Shown here piece by piece: positions 38,826-50,200 of a DNA stretch of 64,000 bases. The translations under genes and the position numbers were made by a program. This stretch comes from an uncultured delta proteobacterium (GTDB lineage: Bacteria > Desulfobacterota > Desulfobacteria > Desulfobacterales > B30-G6). The stretch is from positions 288,001 through 352,000 of the forward strand of contig CAWGLD010000005.1 of assembly GCA_963823335.1 (NCBI GenBank), in the 5' to 3' direction. The notes beneath the pieces are model-generated. The model was given only the letters and a program-made list of their open reading frames with translations. It searched no databases and was not told the origin of the DNA. Position 1 is the stretch's first letter, and each line of letters starts with the position of its first letter.

Positions 38826-41210
38826 TTATTTGTCTGAGGAAACGACGCCCCAGCAGTTTTGATGCATATGTACAAATACGACACTAAACATGGCCTTGAG
38901 CAGGTCGAGGCTGGAGACAATGGAAACCGATTTCTTTAAAAGTGTGGTTGTCAGGATAAGTTGTTCGGATTGTCTTTTCATGAATACCAGATCATCCAGT
39001 ATCTTCAGCGCAACATCTCTTTCCTCAGGGGGTAGTTGCTTCCACTTATCTTCCTTAAATCTGATTTTGAAATGATGAATCTTTAAAGGGGGGGCGCTGT
39101 AGAGGCTTTTGCGGATCTTGTCACCTTTGAATGTTGTTTGTGACAGAATCAGACTTTGGATTGATTTTGAAATACACCGATGGGTATCTGCGAAAGTGTC
39201 CACCAGCATTGCCTTGGATTCCTGGCTGACGATGAAACGGATGAATCGCAATCTTTTTTCGTTTTCCTTTGTTTTCACGTTGAATTCGTCCAGGGCCACC
39301 TTCCAGAAAGAATGACTGACGTCTTTCAGCACTGGCTTGGGTTTCCCATTCTCGTGGGATTGTTCCCGGATGTTTTTTTTAAGACGCAACAAGTTTTTGG
39401 CCGTCTTTTCAAACAGGCGCACTCCAGTAACGGTCTGGTAGATCATGCCAACGGTGGCATACCAGTCCTGAAGGTGAAGGATCAGGGGGAGATCCTTGTA
39501 AACGCTCAGAATGGTGGTGTTTTTCAACTGGTGGGTAGGTGTTGCATAAGATGGTGTGCCACCCAGAGGTGGCTGCCGCACCATCTTTTTTTTAGAAATA
39601 TCATAGGATACAGTGGTTTCGACATCGATAAGGCCGATGGAATACATGTTCGCAGATTCCAGAAACTGTGGAAATTTCGATGGGTTCCCCGCGATGAGTA
39701 GATTGTCTGGTTTCAGATCCCGCATGGCCAGTTTTTTGTCGCCCAGCCAGTAGAGCAGATCGAGTAGATTAGTGATCATGCTTGAAATCTGTGAATTATG
39801 TCGTTTCAGATTTTTTGCAATGACAAAGGCATGCACCATTCGTTGGTAGTTTTGGACAGGCTGTCGTTTATCGTTAAAAAGTTTCAGGACGCTGGTGTTC
39901 ATCTCAGACGCAAGATGCGGCTTTGTAGGGAATTCCGTGGCGGAAAGTTTCCCGCCGGCCAGGTAGACCAGGAACCACTCCTTGATGTTGAATTCGGAAA
40001 CAGTACCGTCGATGTGATGCAGCTGGAGTAGATCATAACAACGAGTGTGAAAAGATGTGTAGACAAGATTGAGGCTGTCACAAATGTCCGCATGCTGTGA
40101 TCCATAACGAGCCTCAAAGTCCGCAGGGATCCAGAGAAGACCGGGTTGTTTCGATATCTCGCCGATAACCTTATCTTCAATGTTGTGTATGCGTTTGAGA
40201 ATATGTCCCAAAAAAAAATATTTGGATAGATCCATGAAATAGGCAAAACCATCGCCGATCTTGAGGTAGTTCTGAAGCTCGGTATTGCCCTCCAGTAATT
40301 GGATATATTTTCCCTCCATGAGTTCAAGCGGCAGTCTGGCACCCTCCTGAAGCGGGTGGATTTTTTTTAATATAACGGAGAGCCGGGGTACAAGGCACTC
40401 TCTGGGGGACAATTTATTTGCAATCCGGTTGTCACGGTTGATACTTTGAATATATCTGCTGAAATCGGTCAGCGGCTTGGGTGGTATCTTGATCACCATA
40501 TGGTCATCATAAATAACATAATAACAAGTACTTTTACTACCAGTGTCTTCACCAATGGGGCCGATGGTCATGCGCCTCGTAGCCCAGTCGCCATCGCAGT
40601 TGACACGCAATTCATATATAAAATTACTGTCCGGTCTGCGGGCATCCACAAGCCGGAATATGGCCTCAGCTGAAGGCTCTACACCTTTTTGAGCCTTGAA
40701 AACCGATAAAAAGAAATGTGCAATCTGCTCCTGTCCCTCATAAACCTTTTCATTTGCTACTGGATTTTCAGAATCCTCAACCCGGTTCTTTTTCTTTTTT
40801 ATAGCATTCGTCGCCTTTTTTAACAGGGGATATAAGGCAAAGCAAAGCAGGATGCCAATAATGACAGCGGCGATTACGGGGGTCCTTTTTTTTAACTGGG
40901 TCTGAGATACGATTTCCAGGGACTTGCGTTTCCATGGAAGCAGATGGTGTTTGATGATGACGACAATACCGTAGCCCTTGTTGAAGATGCCCCGTTGCTT
41001 GACGTCCGCAACGAGATCCATGTTGATGTAATGCGTGTCATCCGCGGTTTTGTAGAAAATACTGTCACCGACAATCCAGGCTTCTTTGGTGATCACGGCC
41101 CGGTTGTCTTTTAACAGGATAACCTGGTTTTTGTAGATATGCTGATAGGCAAAAGAACCGGCGGCTGCCAGTATGGCAAAGCAGATAAGAATGAGAAACT
41201 TCGTTTTCAT
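38826..41210 (-). CDS. Membrane-anchored atypical Ser/Thr kinase-like protein
   Basis: Two hydrophobic segments; VIKIP, MRDLKPDNLL, LIDVET, GGTPSYATP, QDWYA. Confidence 0.8.
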   Translation of the reverse strand: MKTKFLILICFAILAAAGSFAYQHIYKNQVILLKDNRAVITKEAWIVGDSIFYKTADDTHYINMDLVADVKQRGIFNKGYGIVVIIKHHLLPWKRKSLEIVSQTQLKKRTPVIAAVIIGILLCFALYPLLKKATNAIKKKKNRVEDSENPVANEKVYEGQEQIAHFFLSVFKAQKGVEPSAEAIFRLVDARRPDSNFIYELRVNCDGDWATRRMTIGPIGEDTGSKSTCYYVIYDDHMVIKIPPKPLTDFSRYIQSINRDNRIANKLSPRECLVPRLSVILKKIHPLQEGARLPLELMEGKYIQLLEGNTELQNYLKIGDGFAYFMDLSKYFFLGHILKRIHNIEDKVIGEISKQPGLLWIPADFEARYGSQHADICDSLNLVYTSFHTRCYDLLQLHHIDGTVSEFNIKEWFLVYLAGGKLSATEFPTKPHLASEMNTSVLKLFNDKRQPVQNYQRMVHAFVIAKNLKRHNSQISSMITNLLDLLYWLGDKKLAMRDLKPDNLLIAGNPSKFPQFLESANMYSIGLIDVETTVSYDISKKKMVRQPPLGGTPSYATPTHQLKNTTILSVYKDLPLILHLQDWYATVGMIYQTVTGVRLFEKTAKNLLRLKKNIREQSHENGKPKPVLKDVSHSFWKVALDEFNVKTKENEKRLRFIRFIVSQESKAMLVDTFADTHRCISKSIQSLILSQTTFKGDKIRKSLYSAPPLKIHHFKIRFKEDKWKQLPPEERDVALKILDDLVFMKRQSEQLILTTTLLKKSVSIVSSLDLLKAMFSVVFVHMHQNCWGVVSSDK

Positions 41211-41250
41211 ATTACCGTCTCAGTGGAGTATTCGTATAGCAGAATGAATA

Positions 41251-41279
41251 AACATAGGGAAAACAGTCCCCAGTGTCAA
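41251..41279 (-). promoter_or_regulatory. Candidate sigma70 promoter of the kinase gene
   Basis: Minus strand TTGACA-N17-TATGTT. Confidence 0.55.
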
Positions 41280-41422
41280 TTGAAGAATTTATTCGGTCAA
41301 AGATTGCGGCGTGGCTGGTTGGCACGAAGTGGAAATCCTGATTTGGCTGAGTTCCAGGGGCGGGGGTTTCCCGGGGCAGGGGGGTTGCATTGGAAACGTC
41401 TGCCCGCATGAACCGTGGCCGC

Positions 41423-44122
41423 TTAGCCGGACGGTGTCAATATACTGCCAACTTTCTGTGACAGCTCATGAATGCTGAAGGGTTTCTGGATAAATCCCTT
41501 GCAGCCCAGGAACAGGAGGTTTTTGACCTGTTCATTAATGCTGTAACCGCTCGACAATAGGACCTTTACATGAGCATCGACTTGTTTTAATTGTTCAAAT
41601 GTCCGTGGCCCTCCCATGACGGGCATGACCATATCAAGAATGACCATGTCGAATCTACCAGGCCGGCTGGCATACGCAGAAATGGCTTCTCTGCCGGAGG
41701 AGGCTGTCGCTACCCGGTATCCCAGTTTTTCAAGCATTTTTTTTGCGGTTTCGACAATCATTTCTTCATCATCAACCAGCAGAATTCTTCCTTGACCGTG
41801 AAGGATATCCGGCGCCGATTCTTGTTGTTCCACGCTCTCTTTTTCAGATACCGGCAGATAAAATGTAAAAGTGGCTCCCTTGCCGGGCTCGCTGCGAACA
41901 TTGATAATGCCTTCGTGGTTTTGAATAATTCCATAAACAGAGGCCAGACCCAATCCAGTACCTCTTTCCATCTCTTTGGTCGTGAAAAACGGATCAAACA
42001 CCTTCTGTTGGGTAGCTTTGTCCATACCGATACCCGTGTCGGTAACAGCGATTTCAACATACTGACCGTGAGGGAGATTGTGAACCTTGGTCGCGGTCTG
42101 GTCTAAGAAACAGTTCTTTGTCTCAACAGATAGGTTTCCACCCTGCGGCATGGCTTGCCAGGCATTGATAAATAGATTGAGCAGTACCTGTTCGATCTGA
42201 CCCCGGTCGACAACAACTGTCCAGATGTTTTCCTGAAATTTCGTATGGATTTGTATGTCTTTCTTGGTTCTCCCGTAGATATCAACAGATTCGCGAATCA
42301 GTCTGTTAAGGTTGATGGGCAAGGCTTGAAACTTACCTTGCCTCGAGAGACCGAGCAACTGACGGGTAAGGCTGGCACCGCGTTTGACGAGCTGTTCAAT
42401 CTGTTTCAGGCGATCATAGTGCATATGATTTTCATCCAGGTCAAACAACATGAGAGAGGTATTGCCCAGAATACCGGTCATGAGGTTGTTGAAGTCATGT
42501 GCGATACCGCCGGAAAGTGTTCCCAGGGCCTCCATTTTCTGTGCCTGTATCAATTTATTTTCAAGCCTCTTGTTTTCCTCTTCCGCATGCCGTCTTTGGG
42601 TGACATCATGAGCAACACCGGTTACCTTCCAGGGATTTCCATGTGAGTCATAGGAAAATCGTGAATGGATCAACACCCAGAACTCACGCTGATTTTTGCC
42701 CTTGATACGATATTCCACCGGATCAGGATTGCTGTCGCCCGCAGCAGCTTTTTCAAGGAGCTTTCCCAGTATCATAAGACTATCTTCACTCAGCAGGTCT
42801 ATGACATCCAGTTTCATGAACTCTGCTTCCGAGTAACCGGTGTATTCGCACATGACATCATTGACGCTTAGAAAGTGTCTATTTTTCATGTCAAATTCGT
42901 AAATACCGGCCGGCGCATGGTGAAAAAGCTGGCGGTAATTGGCTTCACTCTCATGCAGTGCCTCTTCCATTTTTTTTCGTTCGGTAATGTCGATGATAAT
43001 ACCTCTTAACCCAGCGGGCTGGCCATCGCGGATGATGGCCGCTGAATGAAACAGGGCCGGAAACGAACTGCCGTCTTTTCTGAGTGCGCGGTATTCTTTT
43101 AACCCAACATGCTTGCCACTGAGAATTTTCATGATATTGTTCATGCCTCTTTCTCGATCCTCGGGCACGATCATTTCGAGTGCATTAAGGCCATGGATAA
43201 ATTCCTCCTCCGTGTATTGAAACTGGGTAAAGGCGGACTGGTTCACGAAGGTCAAGTTGCCCTGGGCATCTATCTCATAAATGATTTCCGGGAGCATTTC
43301 CGCCATGTCCCTGAAACGTTCCTCGCTTTCCTGCAGGGCCTTTTCGGCTATCTTTCGTTCGGTGATGTCTTCTCCGGAACTCAGGGTGCCGGTAATAGCG
43401 CCATCTTTGTCCACAATCTGTGTGTTGTGCCATGCAATGATACGTTCTTTTCCATCGGCTGACAGGATAGCATTTTCAACATATTCGAAAGGGGCGATAT
43501 TTCCTGCCATCATCTGCTTGAAAACGACCCGGGTTTCTTTTTTAAACCGCTCGGGAATACGGTGCTCAAACCAGTTCTTACCCATGATCTCTTCCTTGGT
43601 GAGACCCAGCACCTGGCAACCTTTTTTGTTCAAGAGCTTTACGGCGCCGGTTTTATCGAGTGCGACAAAAATTACACTGGAAATATCCAGATACAATCGG
43701 GCCTTGTCTCTTTCGGCTCGCAATGCTTCTTCCGCGTGTATTTTTTCCGTTACATCTCTTAGGGCACCAACAATGGCGACAACCCGGCCGGATGGGTCCT
43801 TGACAGGTGATTCATCGACTTCGAGCAGGGCATGAGATCCGTCTTTTTTCCTGATCTCCACAAGATAGGGCGGCTGCCGTTCACCGGTTTGGATGGCCAG
43901 GTCGGTTATTTTGAGCCCTTTTTGATTGAGGGGGTTGTCGGTGGCGAAATTTGTCCAGTTGATCATCATTTCTTCCGGGGTGTATCCCAGAATCTTAGTG
44001 GATGTAGGGCTCACATAGGAGAGGATTTGATTGGTATCATGGATATAGAACAGCTCGTTGCTGTGTTCGATGATGATTTGCATTCTTTCCAGCAGGTCAT
44101 GATAAGTTGGTTCTTTTTGCAT
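41423..44122 (-). CDS. Multi-PAS hybrid histidine kinase with receiver domain
   Basis: Four PAS/PAC units; GIAHDFNN, NAWQAM, DTGIG, FFTTK, GTGLGL; receiver LLVDDE, LDMVMP, KPF. Confidence 0.95.
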   Translation of the reverse strand: MQKEPTYHDLLERMQIIIEHSNELFYIHDTNQILSYVSPTSTKILGYTPEEMMINWTNFATDNPLNQKGLKITDLAIQTGERQPPYLVEIRKKDGSHALLEVDESPVKDPSGRVVAIVGALRDVTEKIHAEEALRAERDKARLYLDISSVIFVALDKTGAVKLLNKKGCQVLGLTKEEIMGKNWFEHRIPERFKKETRVVFKQMMAGNIAPFEYVENAILSADGKERIIAWHNTQIVDKDGAITGTLSSGEDITERKIAEKALQESEERFRDMAEMLPEIIYEIDAQGNLTFVNQSAFTQFQYTEEEFIHGLNALEMIVPEDRERGMNNIMKILSGKHVGLKEYRALRKDGSSFPALFHSAAIIRDGQPAGLRGIIIDITERKKMEEALHESEANYRQLFHHAPAGIYEFDMKNRHFLSVNDVMCEYTGYSEAEFMKLDVIDLLSEDSLMILGKLLEKAAAGDSNPDPVEYRIKGKNQREFWVLIHSRFSYDSHGNPWKVTGVAHDVTQRRHAEEENKRLENKLIQAQKMEALGTLSGGIAHDFNNLMTGILGNTSLMLFDLDENHMHYDRLKQIEQLVKRGASLTRQLLGLSRQGKFQALPINLNRLIRESVDIYGRTKKDIQIHTKFQENIWTVVVDRGQIEQVLLNLFINAWQAMPQGGNLSVETKNCFLDQTATKVHNLPHGQYVEIAVTDTGIGMDKATQQKVFDPFFTTKEMERGTGLGLASVYGIIQNHEGIINVRSEPGKGATFTFYLPVSEKESVEQQESAPDILHGQGRILLVDDEEMIVETAKKMLEKLGYRVATASSGREAISAYASRPGRFDMVILDMVMPVMGGPRTFEQLKQVDAHVKVLLSSGYSINEQVKNLLFLGCKGFIQKPFSIHELSQKVGSILTPSG

Positions 44123-44161
44123 CAGTTCGGTCCTCTTAATATGAAAATTGAAATGTTCGGG

Positions 44162-45256
44162 TTACGCAGCACAGATACCATATCTGGGTAGGATATCGTG
44201 AATAATGCTGAAGCGATGTGCCAGCAGGGCATCGTGAAAGAGCTTCCAGTCACTGTCCAGGAAAGAGGGGTCGTATTCGAACAAATCAGGTTTTTTATCC
44301 CAGAGTTTTCGAGTTCCGAGGGCTATATATTTCCAGGAGCCGACACCTCTTGCTCTGTAGAACAGCTTGACGGGTGGAAATCCAAAGGTTCCCTTTTGAA
44401 TCTGTTTAACCCATGCCAGGTGACGTAGGGCCTTGTCTTCTTCGCGGTTGTTTTGAAACTGGGTCAGCAATTTGCTTCGGGTGTCGTGTGTCAAGCCCGG
44501 GGCGTCCATGTCAGCGTCACCTGATCTAAAGCGTTGCATGGCTTTGCACATGGCGTTTGCTGCCGATACAAATGCGGCAGGATTGTTGCGAACGACCATT
44601 TTCCCCCTATGGTCATGGTATGTCCACTTCAAAAATGGAAGGTCCGGGTAGCTCAAGGCCGCACCGTGCCCCAGCGGCATCACATCACCCACAAAAGAGC
44701 TGGCTGCCTTGTTAAAGGATGTGCCGAAGAACTGCTCAATTCGGGTGGTGAATGCAGTGCTCGATGCGCCTGCTTCGTCCAGGGCCCGTACATCGTTAAC
44801 ATGGCTATTGAAACCGGCGAACCCCTGGTGGGCCCACGAATCTGCCAGTACATGCAGTGTGATTCCCAACCGGTGAAGGCCGTAGGGTTTATTTCTGGTC
44901 TCGATACATGTGCGAACCATGTCATGGGCAATGTGGCTGCCGGGTCGGCAGATGATTTTGTCGATAAATTTTCCTGCAGGGTTTTCACCTGCCTTTTTAC
45001 CTCCGTTGCCGGGCAGGAAGTGAAAGGGAATCCACACATGATGATTGGCCAGTTTTTCAAAATTTCGGTAATCGAGCATTTTGTGAGCCGAGCTGATATG
45101 GGTATACATGGCTCCATTATGAAATCTAAGGGTGCCGTTGTTTATGGCATCGTCAACGTACTGAGCCGCGTAGGCGACCGTGTCGGCCTCACGATGTCCG
45201 AAACCGGCAGCTCTTGCCGTGACATAGGTTGCGGTATGGTGAAAGTCGATCTGCAT
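44162..45256 (-). CDS. Conserved hypothetical protein (DUF6765-like; possible Zn-dependent phospholipase C/nuclease fold)
   Basis: MQIDFH, AQYVDD, FHFLPG, LGITLHVLADSWAHQGF, LGHG.A...PD. Confidence 0.7.
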   Translation of the reverse strand: MQIDFHHTATYVTARAAGFGHREADTVAYAAQYVDDAINNGTLRFHNGAMYTHISSAHKMLDYRNFEKLANHHVWIPFHFLPGNGGKKAGENPAGKFIDKIICRPGSHIAHDMVRTCIETRNKPYGLHRLGITLHVLADSWAHQGFAGFNSHVNDVRALDEAGASSTAFTTRIEQFFGTSFNKAASSFVGDVMPLGHGAALSYPDLPFLKWTYHDHRGKMVVRNNPAAFVSAANAMCKAMQRFRSGDADMDAPGLTHDTRSKLLTQFQNNREEDKALRHLAWVKQIQKGTFGFPPVKLFYRARGVGSWKYIALGTRKLWDKKPDLFEYDPSFLDSDWKLFHDALLAHRFSIIHDILPRYGICAA

Positions 45257-45312
45257 GTTTCGATTGAACCCCGCAGAATGGGAAGAAAGGTAACAAAACA
45301 GGCCATCAATGT

Positions 45313-45783
45313 TCAGGCGATCAGATAGGTCCCTGTTCCCACAGCGATTAGCCGATGCTGGTCATTATGAAGCTCCATCCGGGTTACGGCAACTTTATTG
45401 CCGATACGCATAATTGAGGCGCAGGATGAAAAAGAACTGCCCTTTCCGGGTCTCAGATAATCGACGCGCAGATCGAGGGTGCCGACCCGGGCGATGTTCT
45501 CTGCAATTTGTTCTTTTGGGTGATTCTTTTTTTTTTGAATCATTCCTGCCGTAGCCATCAAACCGCCAGCTACATCCAGAACGGACGATATCACACCACC
45601 GTGCAGGGAACCCTGGACATAATTGCCGATGAGGGAATCGGTCAGATCAAAGGCAACTTTAACCAGATCAGGCTTCAGATCGATGATGTGCAAACCGAGA
45701 ACCTGGTTGAAGGGAAGTCTGTTTTCATAGATGTCTCCAAGGAAATGCAGCAGTTCATCCAGTTTTTCGGGTTGGCCTGGCAT
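45313..45783 (-). CDS. Hot-dog fold thioesterase (PaaI/YigI-like)
   Basis: LHGGVISSVLDV.GG, TLDLRVDYLRPG. Confidence 0.9.
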   Translation of the reverse strand: MPGQPEKLDELLHFLGDIYENRLPFNQVLGLHIIDLKPDLVKVAFDLTDSLIGNYVQGSLHGGVISSVLDVAGGLMATAGMIQKKKNHPKEQIAENIARVGTLDLRVDYLRPGKGSSFSSCASIMRIGNKVAVTRMELHNDQHRLIAVGTGTYLIA

Positions 45784-45810
45784 GGAGGGCTCCTCGATAT
45801 CTACTGTGTT

Positions 45811-47274
45811 CTACTTGAACCAAAAATTCTGTTTTTGTGATGCTTTCGCGTTGAAGGCTTCATCCGCTATTATCTGTCCTGTCTCAGACCTGAGAGTGTA
45901 CCACGACTGACGAAGGGCCACAAGTGCCAAGGCTGACCGGGTCTGTGTTGAAGTTAGCTCCCGTTGTGACTCGTTGAGGCGCACCAGGGAAACCTGGCCG
46001 GCCTTGTATTCCTTTTCGACAAGATCACGGTTTTCCTGGACGAGTCGGGCATTGGACTGCTGGAGCCTCAGTTGGGTCTGGAAGGTAATAACGTTTTGAG
46101 CTGTGGCACGGATTTCCGCGGTGATGTTTGTCTTCAAAGATTCCATTCGCTTTCTGGTTTCCATTTCTTTTTGCACAGCTTCCCTATACTGGGCGCGGTA
46201 CAGTCCTCCGGAAAACAGATTAAATGTCATGTTGAGACCGATGGTGTTTCCGAAATCATCGCTCTCGAATCTGGTATCATCCTGCCTGTCTCCGCTGACG
46301 GATGCCGTGAGATTTATGGTGGGTGCGTATTTTGAGTTGGCCATCTTTTTCTCGAGGGACGCATTTTGAATCGCCAGGCGGCTCTGATGTATTTCCGGCC
46401 GATGTTCTAGTGCGTAGACGATCAGCTGCTCGGTATCTGGTATCTGCATTTCTTGTGGGGACGCTTTTTCAAGGGGTGCCAGTTTTACATGTACCGGCAA
46501 CGAGGCGTCTGCAAGACCCAGTAATGCTGCCAGGCTATGCAGGGTGGCCCTGAAAACGCCCTCTGCTTGAATTCGGTCGGAAATGGCGGCGTTGACTTGA
46601 ACCTCAAAACTGAGTTCATCGCTCAGGGAGCCGGTACCGATTTTGCGTCGGTTGATGGCCTCTTCCAGAAGACTTTTGAAAAAAGATTCATCGGCTATGG
46701 CAATATTGATATTTTCCCGTGCCAGCTCAGCTGTTAAAAAAGATGCCGCCACCGAGGACAACAACAACCGTCTGGCATCGTCCCATGCAGAAATCATTTG
46801 CTCTTTTACATTTTGGGTCTGGCGCAGTTTGTACAGCCGTTCAAATCCATCGAACAGCAGCCAGGTGGCCGTGAGACCGGCGCGGTAACGGTCCTGGGGA
46901 TCATCGATGGTGGCGCCGGGATCAAATATCCTGGCGGAATCGAGGTTCTCCTGGTAATCATTTTCGGGCATCCAGATCCTGGAAACAGAGGCGTTTGCAT
47001 CGAGCCGGGGCCAGTAGGTGGAGCGAGCCTGGGCAATCCGTTCCATGGCCTGATTGATGCGTATCTCGGTCGCCTGAACGGAAGGATTGTCGGCCACGGC
47101 AAACCGCTGGGCTGTTTTCAGATCAAGAAACTCGATTTTTTCCCAGTCAAGGGGAAGGCTCTGATCCTCCAATGTATAACTGCTTGCACCGACATGGTGA
47201 CCAAGACCCTGAAACAGAACCAAGGCCAGTATCAAGCAGCAAATCATTTTGCCTGTTTTGCTGTTGTGATTCAT
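45811..47274 (-). CDS. TolC family outer membrane protein
   Basis: Signal peptide; NPSV, YWPRLD, LFDG, HRPEI, LFSGG; last gene of the RND set. Confidence 0.9.
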   Translation of the reverse strand: MNHNSKTGKMICCLILALVLFQGLGHHVGASSYTLEDQSLPLDWEKIEFLDLKTAQRFAVADNPSVQATEIRINQAMERIAQARSTYWPRLDANASVSRIWMPENDYQENLDSARIFDPGATIDDPQDRYRAGLTATWLLFDGFERLYKLRQTQNVKEQMISAWDDARRLLLSSVAASFLTAELARENINIAIADESFFKSLLEEAINRRKIGTGSLSDELSFEVQVNAAISDRIQAEGVFRATLHSLAALLGLADASLPVHVKLAPLEKASPQEMQIPDTEQLIVYALEHRPEIHQSRLAIQNASLEKKMANSKYAPTINLTASVSGDRQDDTRFESDDFGNTIGLNMTFNLFSGGLYRAQYREAVQKEMETRKRMESLKTNITAEIRATAQNVITFQTQLRLQQSNARLVQENRDLVEKEYKAGQVSLVRLNESQRELTSTQTRSALALVALRQSWYTLRSETGQIIADEAFNAKASQKQNFWFK

Positions 47275-47288
47275 AAGTTCTCCTATGT

Positions 47289-50200
47289 TTATGATTCTTT
47301 CAGAGGATCTACATGCCGGTTTCTGGCCGGTTCCACTGCTAGACGATCAGGCCAGATACCATGTCTGAATCTATAAATGAGCAACCTGAAATCACTCAGA
47401 ATCGTCAGCAAACTTGGAACCAGGACAAGTGTCAGGATCGTGGCAAACAAGACACCGGACGCCAGGGATAGTGCCATGGGGATGAGAAACCTGGCCTGAA
47501 GGTCGGTTTCCAGGATTAAAGGTGTCAAACCACCGATGGTGCTCAGCGAAGTGAGGGTAATTGCCCGAAACCGCCGTACGCCCCCCTTTAGGACGGCTTC
47601 AAAATACGGCATACCTTCCGCAAAATTTTCGTTGATGCGTTCGATGAGTACGATGGCATCGTTTACCACAACACCGGTAAGGGCCACCATTCCAAAGATG
47701 CTCATCATGGAAAGGTCATAACCAAATACCAGATGGCCTGCAACCGCACCGATGATGCCGAAGGGCACGGTAAACATGATTACAAAGGGTTGGATGTAAG
47801 ACTTGAACATGGTTGCAATGATAATGTAGATTCCTATCAGGGCCAGCGGGAAACCCACATAAAGGCTGCCGAAAGATTCCCGCATTTTTTTCTGCTCCCC
47901 CTGTATGGCGATACGTACTGCGGGATAACGATCTTGAAGTTCGGTGAAAAATCCGCTTGAAAGCTCCGAAAGGATTTCATTGGTATTGGCCTTGTTGGTA
48001 TCAACGCCAGCACTCACAGCGATGCGGCGCATGCCGTTGGTACGTCTGATGGTTGAAAAACCCGGTGAAAAAGAGATGTCGGCCACTGAAAAAAGTGGGA
48101 TTTCAAAACCGGTTCGTGTACGGATACGGATATTTTCAACATCAGCTAAGCGGATTCTTTCATCTGCCGTATAGCGAACCTTGACCCGAATGTTATCCCT
48201 TCCCCTTTGAAGACGAAGGGCCTCATCACCGTAGTAGCCGGCATACAGCTGTCGGGCCAGATCATCGACCGTCAAACCCAGGGTTCGTGCCTCAGGCTTG
48301 AGTTTTAGGCGCATCTCGTTTTTGCCCTTCGAAAAGTCGGATCGAATCTGATAAACGCCATCGAACTGTCGCAGTCTCTTCATAATATCCTGGGAAGCCG
48401 CCAAAATGACGTCCATATCATACCCCTGAACCCAGATTTCGATGGGCGCGCCGGGCGGGCCCATGGCCATACCCTCGAAGGTCAGTGATTTGACACCCGG
48501 TATGACACCGATTTCATTTTCCCACGCCACCATCAAGTCTTTTGTGTGCACGCCTCGTTTTTCGGATTCAAGCAGAATGACCTGAACGGCTCCGAGGTTC
48601 GACCCAGACCTGGGTATTTCACCGAGGGTTTGCCCTGCAAGGGCCAGCCTTGAACGGATCATGGGGTCGCCCGTGATCGTTTTGGTTTTTTCGGCCAGAC
48701 GCAATAGGGCAGCATCGATTTGTTTGACGGCTTGTCGAGTGGTCGCAGAGGGCGCTCCTTCTGAAAACTCCACCGTTGCAGTGATAATGAATCCATCGAT
48801 TTCGGGCATCATCAGAAATTTAATGAAACCGCTGTTCACGAGACCGATGGTGATAAAGAGGATGCTGATGGTCACACAGAGAGATACATAGCGCCAGTAC
48901 AATGCCTTGCTCAAAAACGGCATGTAAATCTTTTCGACAAACCATTCCATGCCTGAACGCGTGATCCGGTGAAAGGTTTCAAGTCGCCGTGTTAGGGGAT
49001 TCATCTGGCGTCCATTGGTATTCAAATCGGGCAGATCGCCCAGGTGTGCGGGTAAAAGAAACAGGCATTCCACCAGGGAGACAGCCAGGCAGGCAATAAC
49101 AACCACAGGCAGAATGGCAATAAATTTTCCCATGATCCCGCCTACAAAAGCCAGCGGGATGAAAGCTGCGATACTGGTGATAACGGCGGCAATCACCGGA
49201 AGACCTACTTCTATCACGCCATCCACGGCTGCTTTTATAGGTGGTTTCCCTTGTTTGCGGTGAACATAAATGGCTTCACCCACGACGATGGCATCATCGA
49301 CAACGATACCGAGCACCATAATGAGACCGAAAAGAGAGATAAGGTTGATGGTCCCGCCAACAGCCCACAAAACAGCCAGAGCGCCTGATATGGATACAGG
49401 AATTCCCAGTCCGGTCCAGAAGGACAGACGTGCATTTAAAAAAATCCATAACAGCAGAAAGACCACCATCAAACCGATCAGACCATTTTTTACCAGGAGA
49501 TTGATTCTGGCCCTTAATATTTCAGTGTTGTCGTAAAGTGTATCCAGATGAATGTTATCAGGGAGTTGCTGCTGCTTCAGATTGATGAACGTTTCCACAG
49601 AAGCTGAAATAGCAAGGGCATCTTCTTCTTTGGTCTTGTTGATGACAATGAGTACTGATGGTTCTCCATTGATAATGGCCTGGATGGGGTCTTCTGTAAA
49701 TCCATCCTTGATCGTGGCGATGCGATCGAGGGTGATGATGTTTCCGGACGGATCGGCCAAAACCACGATCTGGGCCAACTCCAGGCCGGTATATTTTCTG
49801 CCCATGGTTCGGATACGGATCTCTTCACCGGTGGTCCGGATGGTACCGCCGGCCAGGTTGAGATTGCTTTGACGAATGGCGTTTGAAACAGCTGAAAATG
49901 TGAGACCGTATTCACGAAGGCGTTCTTCGGAAACTTCCACTGAAATTTCATATTGTCTGGATCCGAAAATATCGATCTGGGACACACTGTCCAATTCCTG
50001 CAGCTCATCCTTTATTTTTTCGGCGTACTCCTTGATGCGGCGTTCTGACATGGCGCCAGAGAGATACAGCAGTACCACCGGATCTTTTACTATCAGTTCC
50101 GTGATAATCGGTTTCTCGGCATCCGCGGGAAAGGTTGAAATGGCATCGATGTCGGACCTGATGCGGTCAAGGACCTTGTCCACATCATAGTCCTCGCGGA

